Source of the DNA: Chloroflexota bacterium | GTDB taxonomy: Bacteria; Chloroflexota; UBA11872; UBA12225; JAJDUF01 | DNA length: 64,000 nt | Direction: 5' to 3' | Assembly (NCBI GenBank): GCA_965214295.1 | Contig: OZ243944.1 | Coordinates: forward strand, 1,653,395 to 1,717,394 | Shown here: positions 1 to 9,925 of the stretch, one piece after another | How the letters are laid out: the number at the start of each line of letters is the position of its first letter | Numbering within the stretch: the first letter of the stretch is position 1 | The notes under the pieces: generated by a model | The model's database searches: none | What the model saw: only the letters and a program-made list of their open reading frames with translations | Told to the model about the DNA's origin: nothing | Program-made: the position numbers and the translations under genes

Positions 1-2
1 GT

Positions 3-587
3 GTGCCGGCGGCCGCTTACCGGCACGACGCCAAGACCGGCCACTGTTTGGCCGACCTGGTGTTCCCGGACGGCGACCGAGGCGGCGTCCACGGTATCGA
101 ATGGGTGCCCACCGACCCGGCGGTGCTGGCGACGCTACCGCCCGCGAAGCCGGCGCCCCCGCCACTGCGGCGGGAGGCGCCCGGCGGCGAACTCAGCGGC
201 CAACGTGGCACTGCCGGGACGCTGTGGGTCACGCGGCCGGGCCTGCGGATCATCCAGTGGATTGACGCTGAGACGGGCGAGCTACTGCGAACTATCCCGT
301 TCCCGGAGGCGCGCTCGCACGGAATCTATCGGGATGCGGCGGATGGGAGTATTGTCTGCGCCGAGACGAACCACAACCATATCTACCGGCTCGACGCGAC
401 CGATGGGACGATACGCGAAATGTGGGTCGTGGATAGCATTGCCGGCCCGCGCGATTTGGTCAACGAGGCGCTGCACGGTGACGAGACGACACCCCGGTTC
501 GAGGTCCACGGCATGACCCGCGACGCCGAGGGGCGGATTTGGGCCTGCGACGCGGCGACGAACTTGGTTGCCGTGCTCGAAGACTGA
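3..587 (+). CDS. beta-propeller protein (SMP-30/gluconolactonase/LRE- or Vgb-like), 5'-truncated by window edge
   Basis: ORF runs from window start to TGA at 585-587; repeated IYR/ACD/NHN blade-like motifs; no start in window. Confidence 0.5.
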   Translation: MPAAAYRHDAKTGHCLADLVFPDGDRGGVHGIEWVPTDPAVLATLPPAKPAPPPLRREAPGGELSGQRGTAGTLWVTRPGLRIIQWIDAETGELLRTIPFPEARSHGIYRDAADGSIVCAETNHNHIYRLDATDGTIREMWVVDSIAGPRDLVNEALHGDETTPRFEVHGMTRDAEGRIWACDAATNLVAVLED

Positions 588-841
588 GCGGCGAGCGCGC
601 CCGCGGAGACCGGCTAACGTCGGAGAGAGAACCGCTCGGCGGTCGCATACAGGGGAGCCGCTTTGTCCGTGGCGCTGAGGCAGTCCGCGTGGTCACGGAT
701 GAGCACCGGCACGGCCGGGTAGTCCGACCGGGGATTGGCCATCGGGATCGGGCCGCTACTGTCGCTTTCCCTCCCCCAGCGCTCCGGGCCGGAGGCCTCC
801 ACCACGCGGCGGATCAGCGGGAGGCGGTCGAGGGAGGGCGC

Positions 842-1855
842 TCATACGTTCCCGGCCTCCGCCGTATATTCCTGGCGGTAAGCGGCGCTGGCCGCGTTTA
901 GCGCGACCAGGGCATCGGCCGGGAGCGCGAGACGGGTCCCGGCGAGGTTCTCGTCCACGTGCGCGGGACTTTCGGCGCCGGCGAGCACGCTGGTCACTTC
1001 GGGATGGATCAGTACCCAGGCCACACACACGGCGGCGCGGCTCACCCGCAGACCGGATGCTACCTCGTCGAGCACCTGCACCAGCCTTGCCAGGGGGCTG
1101 TCCGGCTCAACGGTGCGCCCCGGCGCCAGGTAGCCGGCATCGAGGGGGCTGTAGGCCAGCAGCCCCAGGTCGGCGGCCCGCACGACCGGGAACATCTCGT
1201 GCTCAAGCTGCTCCACGCGATGTTGACCGGTGTCCGAGAGCGCGGCACCGGCGATGGTGCAGTATTCTTCAAGTCCGGCAATGGGCGCACGGCCGGACTG
1301 CGTAGACAAGGCTACGAACTCGCGTACCTGCGCTGCGGGATGGTTGGAGGCACCCCAATACCTGATCTTGCCGCTTTGGACCAGCGCGTCCATCGCACCG
1401 ACGATCTCCTGCGCCGGTGTGTCGGCGTCCGGCTGGTGGAGCAGATAGAGATCGAGGTAGTCGGTACCGAGCCGCCGGAGGCTGCCCTCCGCCTGTTGGA
1501 AGAGAAAGTCGCGCGTGAACCGCGCCGTTCGCAAGGCGTCGCCCTCGTGTGCGGGCGGGTGAGACGGCGCGACTTTTGTGCAGACCACGACGCGGTCCCG
1601 GTGGCCCCGTATTGCCCGGCCGAGCGCCACCTCGGAGTCGCCCCAGCCATAGGCCACCGCCGAGTCGAAGAAGTTGACGCCTTGCTCCAGGCAGTGGCGC
1701 AAGACCAACTGACCGCGTGGCTCGTCGCGGATACGCGGGAGGTGGCGAAAGGCGGTACCTTGGCACAGGCGCGAGACGTACAGGTCGGTGCTCCCGAAAC
1801 GCACCCGTGGCGCGCGCTGCTCGACCGGTGTTGGAGGACGAGGCATCTTGGTCAT
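842..1855 (-). CDS. aldo/keto reductase
   Basis: AKR family sequence (GTAFRH..., LDLYLLHQPD, IRYWGASN); start chosen at MTKM 5 bp after upstream gene stop. Confidence 0.8.
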   Translation of the reverse strand: MTKMPRPPTPVEQRAPRVRFGSTDLYVSRLCQGTAFRHLPRIRDEPRGQLVLRHCLEQGVNFFDSAVAYGWGDSEVALGRAIRGHRDRVVVCTKVAPSHPPAHEGDALRTARFTRDFLFQQAEGSLRRLGTDYLDLYLLHQPDADTPAQEIVGAMDALVQSGKIRYWGASNHPAAQVREFVALSTQSGRAPIAGLEEYCTIAGAALSDTGQHRVEQLEHEMFPVVRAADLGLLAYSPLDAGYLAPGRTVEPDSPLARLVQVLDEVASGLRVSRAAVCVAWVLIHPEVTSVLAGAESPAHVDENLAGTRLALPADALVALNAASAAYRQEYTAEAGNV

Positions 1856-1859
1856 GTTT

Positions 1860-3047
1860 CTACTGATAGACAGTCTCGCCGGTCTTATGTGCATTGATGA
1901 ATGACCAGTCGAGCGGCACGCCTAGTCCCGGCCCTTGAGGCACAGGCACGTATCCATGCTTGTCCACCGAGTCAAGTTCGTGGAGCCATCGCCGCTCCGA
2001 ATAGATCGGTGCTCTGGTGTGCCGCACTTTCGGATGCACCCCTCCGGACTCGAGATAGTGTGTATTGCGGATGGCTGCCATGCAATGGCGGTGTGCCAAA
2101 CTGCCACCGTGTAGCTCAACGTCCAGCCCGTAGGCTTCGGCCAGCGCCGCCAGCTTCATCACGCCGGTGATGCCGCCATCCGTGCCCGCGCTCGCCCGCA
2201 CATAGTCGGTAGCCCCAGCGTGGATCATGTCCGCTTTCGCTTCCAAGCCCCGGATATGCTCACCCATCAACAGCGGAGTCTTGATGAAGTCCCTCAACTT
2301 GCGATGAACGAACATTGACAGTCCGCCACCGCGAAAGGCATCTTCCAGCCAAAAAAACCGTGCCTCATCACAGGCCCGCCCCACCCTCAGCACGTCATCG
2401 AAGGTGGTATAGGCCCCCGCCGGGTCGAGCATGAGGTCCATGTTATCGCCCACGGCACGACGCATCGCCAGGACCGTCGCGACCTCCCGTTCAATGGGGC
2501 CATCAACCCACGGATGGCTCTTGAAGGCCCGATAGCCTAGCTCTTCCTTGCAGTACAGCGCGAATTCGGCGTAGTCCTCGGGCCGTGTCAACCCGCCGTT
2601 TTCGTCACCATGGAACGTGCTGGCGTAGACCGGCAGCTTGGTTCGCCAGCCACCCAGCAGTTCGTAGATCGGCGCGTCGTACAGTTTGCCCGCGATGTCC
2701 CACAACGCAATGTCCACGGGACCGGGCGGGGCGTTGCCTCGACCACGCAGCATGCGCTTGAGGTCGTGCCAGATTGTGTCGCGGTCCAGCGCATTACGGC
2801 CCAGTAGGTATTGGGCAGTGGCCGCGTCCACCGTACCGGGCAGCTCGGCACGAACGCCGGCATCGGTTTCCACGGTCAATATGTGATCTCCGGTAGCCCC
2901 ACGCCCCCCTGAGGAGACAGTGCTGCCAGGTTGATAGAGCATATCGAGCTTGGCACGCCCGGCCATCGCGCGTCCGGGAATCCGGTAGTCGAAGTGGGTC
3001 ACGATGATACGAGTGATCTTGACGAACCGAGGCATCGTTGTCCTCAC
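1860..3047 (-). CDS. enolase-superfamily (mandelate racemase/muconate lactonizing enzyme) sugar-acid dehydratase
   Basis: N-term MPRFVKITRIIV, IALWDIAGK, metal-binding D/E/D region typical of MR/MLE family. Confidence 0.8.
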   Translation of the reverse strand: MRTTMPRFVKITRIIVTHFDYRIPGRAMAGRAKLDMLYQPGSTVSSGGRGATGDHILTVETDAGVRAELPGTVDAATAQYLLGRNALDRDTIWHDLKRMLRGRGNAPPGPVDIALWDIAGKLYDAPIYELLGGWRTKLPVYASTFHGDENGGLTRPEDYAEFALYCKEELGYRAFKSHPWVDGPIEREVATVLAMRRAVGDNMDLMLDPAGAYTTFDDVLRVGRACDEARFFWLEDAFRGGGLSMFVHRKLRDFIKTPLLMGEHIRGLEAKADMIHAGATDYVRASAGTDGGITGVMKLAALAEAYGLDVELHGGSLAHRHCMAAIRNTHYLESGGVHPKVRHTRAPIYSERRWLHELDSVDKHGYVPVPQGPGLGVPLDWSFINAHKTGETVYQ

Positions 3048-3081
3048 GAAATGGTGCTAGGCTGGGCAGCCCGATTGGCCG

Positions 3082-4677
3082 CTACGCCGCGTGGGCCAGG
3101 GCCCGGCCGGGGAGGGCGGTCGTCATCTTGCTATGCTCCAGCACCGGCTGGCCGGCGACGATCACGCAGTCCACCCCGGTGGAGTATTGGCTTGGCTCGG
3201 TGAACGTGGCGTGGTCCGCAATGGTGTGCGGATCGAACACCGTAATGTCGGCAACGCGACCGGCCGCCAGCAGCCCGCGGTCAGCCAAGCCCAGCCGTTG
3301 TGCCGGAGCGGAGGTCATCTTCCGCACGGCCTCCTCCAGCGCCAGGACGCCCTCATCGCGCACGTAGGTCCCCAGCACGCGGGGGAACGTCCCGAAGAAA
3401 CGGGGGTGGGGCTTCCCGCGCAGCGACGGTGTGCCGATGGTTACGGCGTCACCGTCGGAGCCAACCATCCCCAGCGGATGCTGGAGGAGCAGGCGCGTGT
3501 TGTCCTCGCTCAGGTGGTGGTAGGTCGCGCTGGTCCGGTACTCGGTAAGCGTGAGTAGCGCCTCCAGGCCGTCAACGCCAAGCTCCTCCGCGACCTGACC
3601 GACCGTGAGTCCCTCCCAGTGCTTGTGGGCAGGTGAGGCCACGTCCGTCAGGAGGATGGATTCCCAATCCCAGGGCACTTCCGGGCCGCCCCAGCCGGGC
3701 GCCATTTCATCGTAGATCCGCTGGCGCGATACCGGGTCCCGCAGGCGAGCCAGCAGGCCCTCGACGCCGCCTTCCTGCGACCAGCCGGGCATGAGCTGAT
3801 CCGTGTGGGACATCCCCGCGAGATACGGGTAGACATCGTAGGTCACGTCCACGCCGGCGGCGCGCTCTTGCTCCAAAAGCTCCAGCATCTCCGGAACCAG
3901 GTGCCAGAACGGGCGGAACATCACGTTGTTGTGGGCCATCTGCACCGGGATACCGGCACGCCGCCCGATCTCCAACGTTTCCTGGCGGGCCTTGAGCTGC
4001 TGCCCGGCGTAGACGCGCATGTGCGCCGCGTAGTAACCGCCATAGCGGGCAGCGACTTCGCACAGGGCTACCAGCTCGTCGGTGTCGGCGTAGCCGCTGG
4101 GCGCCAACGTCAGTCCGGCCGAAAAGCCGAAAGCGCCCTGCGCCATGGTCTCGGCCAGGAGCCGCTGCATCGTGGCCAGCTCGTCGGGCGTAGGTGCGCG
4201 TTTGTCGTACCCCATCGCGATGACCCGGATGGCCGCGTGTCCGGCCAGCGGCGCGACGTTGATCGCGGCGCCTCGGCGGTTGTAGCGGCGGCGGTAGCCT
4301 TCCAGGTCGGCCCAGTCCCAATCCAGTAGCTCGGCGCCGTGCATGATGCGCTGTGCCTTGGCCTCGGCGATATCTTGGGGCCGCATCGGATACGGCGCAT
4401 AGGAGCAGTTGCTGACCACCTCGGTCGTGACGCCCTGGCGCACCTTGCTCTCGCCGCGCGGATCGAGCAGCAAGCTGAATTCGGAGTGGGTGTGGATATC
4501 TATGAAGCCGGGCGTGACCACCAGCCCGGTCGCGTCCAGCGTCTGCGCTGCGGTCGCTGCCGAGAGATCGCCGACGGCACCAATCCGGTCGCCGGACACC
4601 CCAACGTCGGCCCGCCGCCCCGGCTGACCGGAGCCGTCAACGACGGTCCCCCCACGGATAACGAGATCAAGCTCCAT
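3082..4677 (-). CDS. N-acyl-D-amino-acid deacylase (D-aminoacylase) family amidohydrolase
   Basis: MELDLVIRGGTVVDG..GFIDIHTHSE N-terminus of D-aminoacylase family; RBS AAAGGAGAGG 9 nt upstream of ATG 4677. Confidence 0.75.
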   Translation of the reverse strand: MELDLVIRGGTVVDGSGQPGRRADVGVSGDRIGAVGDLSAATAAQTLDATGLVVTPGFIDIHTHSEFSLLLDPRGESKVRQGVTTEVVSNCSYAPYPMRPQDIAEAKAQRIMHGAELLDWDWADLEGYRRRYNRRGAAINVAPLAGHAAIRVIAMGYDKRAPTPDELATMQRLLAETMAQGAFGFSAGLTLAPSGYADTDELVALCEVAARYGGYYAAHMRVYAGQQLKARQETLEIGRRAGIPVQMAHNNVMFRPFWHLVPEMLELLEQERAAGVDVTYDVYPYLAGMSHTDQLMPGWSQEGGVEGLLARLRDPVSRQRIYDEMAPGWGGPEVPWDWESILLTDVASPAHKHWEGLTVGQVAEELGVDGLEALLTLTEYRTSATYHHLSEDNTRLLLQHPLGMVGSDGDAVTIGTPSLRGKPHPRFFGTFPRVLGTYVRDEGVLALEEAVRKMTSAPAQRLGLADRGLLAAGRVADITVFDPHTIADHATFTEPSQYSTGVDCVIVAGQPVLEHSKMTTALPGRALAHAA

Positions 4678-4913
4678 CGGCACCTCTCCTTTGGTATGAG
4701 CTGTCAGCCGTCAGCTATCAGCCGTCAGCACTGCGTCTTACACTGTCGCCCATGATTCCCGCGCAAGTGGGAATCCGGCGGCGGGGGCCACTGACCACTC
4801 GCCACTCGCCGCCGTCGTCGTGGGGTACGATACCGACGCCAGCCGCGCCTTGCCAGTATGCCTACGCACCGGTCGCGGCCGGCATGGCGACTACGACCGG
4901 AGGGATAGCCCCC

Positions 4914-6026
4914 ATGAGCGCCGGATCCGTGCGTCCACTCGGTATCGCGCTGCTCGGCTTCGCGCATCCGCATCAGCGCGGCTGGGCCGCGAGCTTCCGG
5001 GAGTCGCGCCACGTCCAAGTGGCCTGTGCCTGGGACGACGATCAGAACCGGGGGGAAGCCGCCGCGGCGGCTCTCGGCGTGCCGTTCGTCGCCGACCTCG
5101 ACGCAGTGCTCGGCCGCGATGAGGTGCATGCCGTCACCATCTGCACGACGAATGATACACACGCCGATATCGCAGTCGCCGCCGCGCAGGCGGGCAAAGA
5201 TATGATGGTGCAGAAGCCGATGGCGACGACGTTGGCCGACTGCGACCGGATCGTGGCTGCCGTGGAAGCGGCCGGTGTGCGCTACTACCAGTCACACAAC
5301 CTGCGCTTTGATCCGGTCCACCAGGAGATCAAGCGGTTGGTAGCAGCCGGAGAGATGGGCCGGATTGCCACCGTCCGGCGGCGCCATTCCCACGCCTTCG
5401 CCTTGCTGCAACCGGAGGTGCTGGACTGGATGCAGGACCCCGTACACGGTGGCGGTGGCGCGTTTATGGACGAGGGAGCGCACGTGGCCCTCTGGTTCCT
5501 GTGGATGTTTGGCATGCCGGAGGCCGTGACCGGGTTCGTGGCCACGTCGCTGACCGAGCAACAGCCCGGTGTGGAGGACGGCGGTGTGCTGCTCTATCGC
5601 TACGCCTCCGGCATGATCGGCATTCACCAGAGTAGCTGGGCGGAGCTGGCCTCGACGTGTACGGTCGAGATCGCTGGCGACCGGGGCGTCATCATCGCTA
5701 CGGGCACCGACATCACGGCGGCGCGCAGCATGTCCGGCGACGAGCCGCCGCTGCGGGTCTGGCGCCATAACCCCGGCGGCCCGGCAGCCGGCCCGGGGCC
5801 GGCCGCACCTGACCAACCTAACCCGGCCGGCCACTGGGATTACCCGCAAGTGGCCTTGCCGCGCAGTCGGCTCCAGGGTACGGCGGAGGCGTTCATCAGG
5901 ATGCTGGTGGAGGGCGCGCCTTCACCGGCCGACGCACGCACGGCCCGCACCGCCGTAGAGATGGTGCTGGCCGGCTATCGGTCGTCGGGCGAGGGGCGCA
6001 CGGTCGAGCTGCCCTTGCCGCGCTAG
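4914..6026 (+). CDS. Gfo/Idh/MocA family oxidoreductase
   Basis: Rossmann N-term IALLGFAHPH, EKP motif (MVQKPMA); RBS GGAGGG before ATG 4914. Confidence 0.8.
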   Translation: MSAGSVRPLGIALLGFAHPHQRGWAASFRESRHVQVACAWDDDQNRGEAAAAALGVPFVADLDAVLGRDEVHAVTICTTNDTHADIAVAAAQAGKDMMVQKPMATTLADCDRIVAAVEAAGVRYYQSHNLRFDPVHQEIKRLVAAGEMGRIATVRRRHSHAFALLQPEVLDWMQDPVHGGGGAFMDEGAHVALWFLWMFGMPEAVTGFVATSLTEQQPGVEDGGVLLYRYASGMIGIHQSSWAELASTCTVEIAGDRGVIIATGTDITAARSMSGDEPPLRVWRHNPGGPAAGPGPAAPDQPNPAGHWDYPQVALPRSRLQGTAEAFIRMLVEGAPSPADARTARTAVEMVLAGYRSSGEGRTVELPLPR

Positions 6027-6372
6027 GGGCGGCGGTCGGTCGTGGGGGGTGCGCGGGAAAGGTGCTGGAGGGAGAAGCCCGTACACGCGGTGGAGCAAGA
6101 CCGCGGGCGGGGCGGTACCTGGATGGCAGGATGCACTTGGTGACCTGAAGCAGGATGGTCCGGATGGAAGGATGGGCAGGATGGATTCCCGCTTTCGCGG
6201 GAATGACGGGACGGGGGGCGGGAATGACGATACAGTGGAGCGAGATAGCGGGAATGACGGTCGAGACGATGGGAGTGCGGGTAGGTCAGGGTGCGGGGAT
6301 TGGCAGGGACGCGGGGCAAGCCCCCCTGGCACAACCGGTACACGCCGGCCGGCGAGGGCGCGGTGGCGATAG

Positions 6373-6840
6373 GGGTGGCACTCAGACAGTGCTGACCCGG
6401 CGCCCTGGCCGTAGGGGCCAGGGGTACGTCAGCACCCGGTGCCGGCGAGGCGGCACTCAGGCGGCCATGCCCGGCTGCACGTTGCGCGGTGGGAAATCGG
6501 CCGTGACCCGGCACCCAAGGGTGCCGGGCGCCGGACCAGTGGTAGTCCACCGCCCGCGGCGCGGCGGGGGGTCGCTCATGACCCGGTGCGCGCAAGGCGG
6601 CACTCAGACGGTCGTGGCCTGGCACTCCCGCCGTGATGGCGAGGGGGCGGCCCTGACCCGGTGCCCTCGGGGTGGCACTCAGACAGTCCTGACCCGGCGC
6701 CCTGGCCGTGGGGGCCAGGGGTACGTCAGGACCCGGTGCCCTCGGGGCGGCACTCAGGCGGCCATGCCTCGCCGCGCGCGGTGCGGCGAGGGGTCGTTGA
6801 TGACCCGGTGCCCTCGGCTGGGTGGCTCCGCCACCGCTGT
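6373..6840. repeat. intergenic tandem/direct repeat block: two ~98-bp direct repeats (6373-6470 and 6676-6773, ~95% identical) embedded in ~8 copies of a shorter GACCCGGTGCC..GGCACTCAG hairpin unit
   Basis: direct reading of sequence; internal perfect hairpin CCCTGGCCgtaggGGCCAGGG; no coding potential (only low-complexity P/A/R/G ORFs on both strands). Confidence 0.7.
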
Positions 6841-7250
6841 TGACTAGCATGATGGTGCGAGTGCGTCCCTGCCGGGCGGTGCCCGGTGCTCCAGGAAGGG
6901 CTTGCAGCTGCCAATCCCCGTCAGGGGGACATATCAACGGGGGATAGGGGAAAGACAACGGGGGTTGTCAGAAGCAGGATTTTCAGGATGAGGGGATGAG
7001 CAGGATGAGGGTGGGTACATGATTGGGCCCCTGTGGCCCCCTCATAGGGGTAGGTATTGGTTGTCGTGGGGCACCCACACGCTTTGCGCCCAGAGCCGGC
7101 CCTGGACTTGATCCAGGGGGAGGGGCACGGCATGCCGTGCCCCTCCAAGCACCCATTGCGCCGGTTTACCTCCCCTTGTCAGGTCAGGGGGAGGGGGTGG
7201 GATTGCCGCGATGGGGGCGGCGGGTGAATCTTCCCGTAGCCAGTGCCGGG

Positions 7251-7646
7251 TCAACACCCGCAGTTGATCTCGGTGCCGTCCTGCGCCTTCTCGCCGGCGG
7301 TGGCGTAGCCGTCTCGCTTCCACCAGTCTAGCCCGCCGATCAGCTCACGCACTCGAAAGCCCGGCGTCAGCAGCTTCAGTGCCGTTTTTGTCGAGGCATT
7401 GCAGCCGATGCCGTCGCAGTAGCAGACGTAGAGCTTCGATTTGTCGAGCGACTCGGTGGAATTGAAGCAAATCTCCTTGTGGGGAAGGTTGAGTGCTCCT
7501 GGGATATGCTCTTGGGCATAGGCATTGGCAGAGCGTCCATCAACGATGATGATGGGTTCGTTCTTGCCCAAAGCCTCGTAGAGGTCCCACGAATCCATTT
7601 CGTAAGCGAGCTTGCGCTGGTAGTGGTTCAGCTGCTCGATGCTCAC
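7251..7646 (-). CDS. rhodanese-domain sulfurtransferase with Cys-rich C-terminal tail
   Basis: rhodanese fold sequence (IIIVDGRSANAYAQEHIPGALNLP, CYCDGIGC active-site loop); gene body is low-GC relative to flanks. Confidence 0.7.
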   Translation of the reverse strand: MSIEQLNHYQRKLAYEMDSWDLYEALGKNEPIIIVDGRSANAYAQEHIPGALNLPHKEICFNSTESLDKSKLYVCYCDGIGCNASTKTALKLLTPGFRVRELIGGLDWWKRDGYATAGEKAQDGTEINCGC

Positions 7647-7907
7647 GGTGTTTTTCCTTCATCAACGTTTTGAGTTGTCGAAACCGCGGCCGGCACCGCG
7701 CTGCACACTCGCGTCTGCCGGTCCAGAAAGGGTGTGCGGGGGAGGCTATCAAGCGATCTTGCTGCGATTCTACCGTAACGGAGGTGCTGTGGCGGCGTCC
7801 CTGCCAGCAAAGGGTACAATGGCTGCCCGCATAGAACCGTCGGTTCAAGCGTGCTCGATTGGCGGCCAGGCGCGAGGCCAGTGCATCGCTGGCAAGGAAG
7901 GATGCTC

Positions 7908-8855
7908 ATGATGGACTATCGTCGGCTCGGACGCACCGGCCTCACCGTCTCCGCGATTGGCTGCGGCACTTGGGAGCTGGGTGGGCGCGAATGGGGCGAG
8001 ATCGGCACCGAGGACGCGCTGGCCGTCCTGCGCCATGCCTACGATCACGGCGTCACTTTCTTCGATACCGCCGATCAGTACGGCGGTGGTCGCAGCGAGC
8101 GGCTGCTCGGCAAGGCGTTCGGCGGGCAATCCGAGGTCGTGATTGCGACTAAGGTTGGCTACCCGCCGGAGTCGGACGGCTGGTTGGTTCGGCGTGGCTC
8201 CCCACCGCAGCTCAATAGCAGCCGCGCTTATATCACCGCTGCCGTCGAAGGCTCGCTGCGGCGGCTGCGCCGGGAGGCGATTGACCTCTATCAACTGCAC
8301 CAAGCGCCGCCGCCGGAGCAGTGGGGCGAGGCGTTTGCCACGTTGGAGGCCCTGAAGCACGCCGGTAAAATCCGGCATTACGGCGTATCGGTGAATGTCG
8401 AAACCGGCTTGCGCGTGCTACGGGAAACCGACGCGGAGTGTCTGATGCTCGTCTATAACCTGCTCACACCGGAGCCGGAGGCCGAGCTACTGCCGCTGGC
8501 AGAGCTAAACGGCGTGGGTGTCGTTGCCCGTACACCGCTGGCCTCCGGCTTCCTCACCGGTGAGGTCACCGCTGCTACGCAGTTCGGTCCGGGCGACTAT
8601 CGCGGCCTCTGGCCCCGCGAGCGGCGCGAGCACGAGGCGGCGCACGCAGCCGCTTTCTCCTTCCTCGCTACGGACGCTCGCACGCCGTCCCAGGCGGCGC
8701 TGCGCTTTTGCCTGGCGCATCCGGCCGTCTCCACCGTCGTACCGGGGATGATGAGTGTGGACCAGGCGGCTGATGGCATTGCGGCGCTGGCGGCCCCGCC
8801 GCTTTCGGCGGCGGAGCTAGGCCGGGTCCGCGCCATCTGGTCTACCTGGGAGTGA
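7908..8855 (+). CDS. aldo/keto reductase
   Basis: MMDYRRLGRTGLTVSAIGCGTWELGG, IDLYQLHQ; RBS AAGGAAGG upstream. Confidence 0.8.
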   Translation: MMDYRRLGRTGLTVSAIGCGTWELGGREWGEIGTEDALAVLRHAYDHGVTFFDTADQYGGGRSERLLGKAFGGQSEVVIATKVGYPPESDGWLVRRGSPPQLNSSRAYITAAVEGSLRRLRREAIDLYQLHQAPPPEQWGEAFATLEALKHAGKIRHYGVSVNVETGLRVLRETDAECLMLVYNLLTPEPEAELLPLAELNGVGVVARTPLASGFLTGEVTAATQFGPGDYRGLWPRERREHEAAHAAAFSFLATDARTPSQAALRFCLAHPAVSTVVPGMMSVDQAADGIAALAAPPLSAAELGRVRAIWSTWE

Positions 8856-8869
8856 GCGCCAGCGCGACG

Positions 8870-9922
8870 CTAGACGAGGTGTGGAACGACGCCGAGACCC
8901 GGACGGTCCGGCGGGGTGAGCCGGCCCTGCTCGTGGGTAGCGCCGCTGAACGGGTCGGCCGCGAGGAGCAAGTGACCGTCGAGGTCGGCATAGTCCAGCC
9001 ACGGCAGCAGGTGGGTGGCGGCGGTGATCGCCAAAGAGCTTTCCACCATGCAGCCGACCATCACCTGTAGCCCGTGCGCTCGCGCGACCTCGACGAGGCG
9101 TCGGGCGGGGCGCAGACCGCCGCACTTCATCAGCTTGATGTTGATGCCGTCGCAGGCGTGAGCAATGCGGGGTATGTCTGCCGCCACAATACAGCTCTCG
9201 TCGGCGATCAGCGGCAGCGGCAGTTGGGCATACACGTGGGCCATCCCCACAAGGTCGCTCGCCGCCACCGGTTGCTCCAGTAGCTCGACGCCGGCCGCAA
9301 CGAGGTCAGGGCCGATCTGTAGGGCCTCTTTCGGCGACCAAGCGGCGTTGGCATCCACCATGAGCCGCGCGCTCGTCGCCTCCCGCACGGCGGCCAGAAT
9401 AGCCCGATCCTGGGCCAGATCACCGCTGCCGAGCTTGATCTTGAGCAGCGGAAACCCCGCCGCGGCAGCGGCCTTGGCTCGCTGCGCGACAATAGCCGGT
9501 TCGGCCATGCCGATAGTGAAAGAGGTCAGCGGGCCGGCGTTACGGTCCAGTCCCCACCAGCGCCACAGGGGCAACCCGGTAAGCTGCCCGGCCAGATCGT
9601 GCAGCGCCATGTCTATGGCCGCGCGAGCGGCGGCGTTGTGCCCTAGCGCCCGCGCCAGCCGCGCCAAGATCGCCTCCAGGGCGAGCGGGTCATCGCCGAG
9701 GAGCGGCGCGTAGGCATCCAGCGCAGCCCGGACAGTGGCGACGTTCTCGCCGTAATAGGCGTTCGGCGCCGCCTCGCCCAGCCCGACCAGCCGGCGCCCG
9801 TCGGGCGCTTCCCACGTCAAGCGCACCAGGACGTTCTCGGCGACGGCCCTCGTACCACGCGCAATCGTGAACGGCACGGCCAGGGGCAGCGCGAGCGGCT
9901 CGTGCTCCAGCTCGATACGCAT
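8870..9922 (-). CDS. dipeptide epimerase (L-Ala-D/L-Glu epimerase-like, enolase superfamily)
   Basis: AIDMALHDLAGQ, KIKLG, MVDANAAW, ESCIV motifs of MR/MLE-type dipeptide epimerases; translationally coupled to upstream epimerase gene (3-bp gap, RBS GGAGGAGG). Confidence 0.75.
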   Translation of the reverse strand: MRIELEHEPLALPLAVPFTIARGTRAVAENVLVRLTWEAPDGRRLVGLGEAAPNAYYGENVATVRAALDAYAPLLGDDPLALEAILARLARALGHNAAARAAIDMALHDLAGQLTGLPLWRWWGLDRNAGPLTSFTIGMAEPAIVAQRAKAAAAAGFPLLKIKLGSGDLAQDRAILAAVREATSARLMVDANAAWSPKEALQIGPDLVAAGVELLEQPVAASDLVGMAHVYAQLPLPLIADESCIVAADIPRIAHACDGINIKLMKCGGLRPARRLVEVARAHGLQVMVGCMVESSLAITAATHLLPWLDYADLDGHLLLAADPFSGATHEQGRLTPPDRPGLGVVPHLV

Positions 9923-9925
9923 GCT

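Noticed and set aside
6373-6840. Possible CRISPR array
   Set aside because: Repeat units are ~98 bp and ~35-70 bp with irregular spacing and partial overlaps, not 25-40-bp repeats with unique spacers. No cas genes in the window.
6023-6958. 311-aa minus-strand ORF and overlapping 230-aa plus-strand ORF (6155..6847), both P/A/R/G-rich
   Set aside because: They lie entirely over the tandem/direct repeat block. Composition is low-complexity on both strands simultaneously, typical of GC- and repeat-driven spurious ORFs. No RBS or homology signal.
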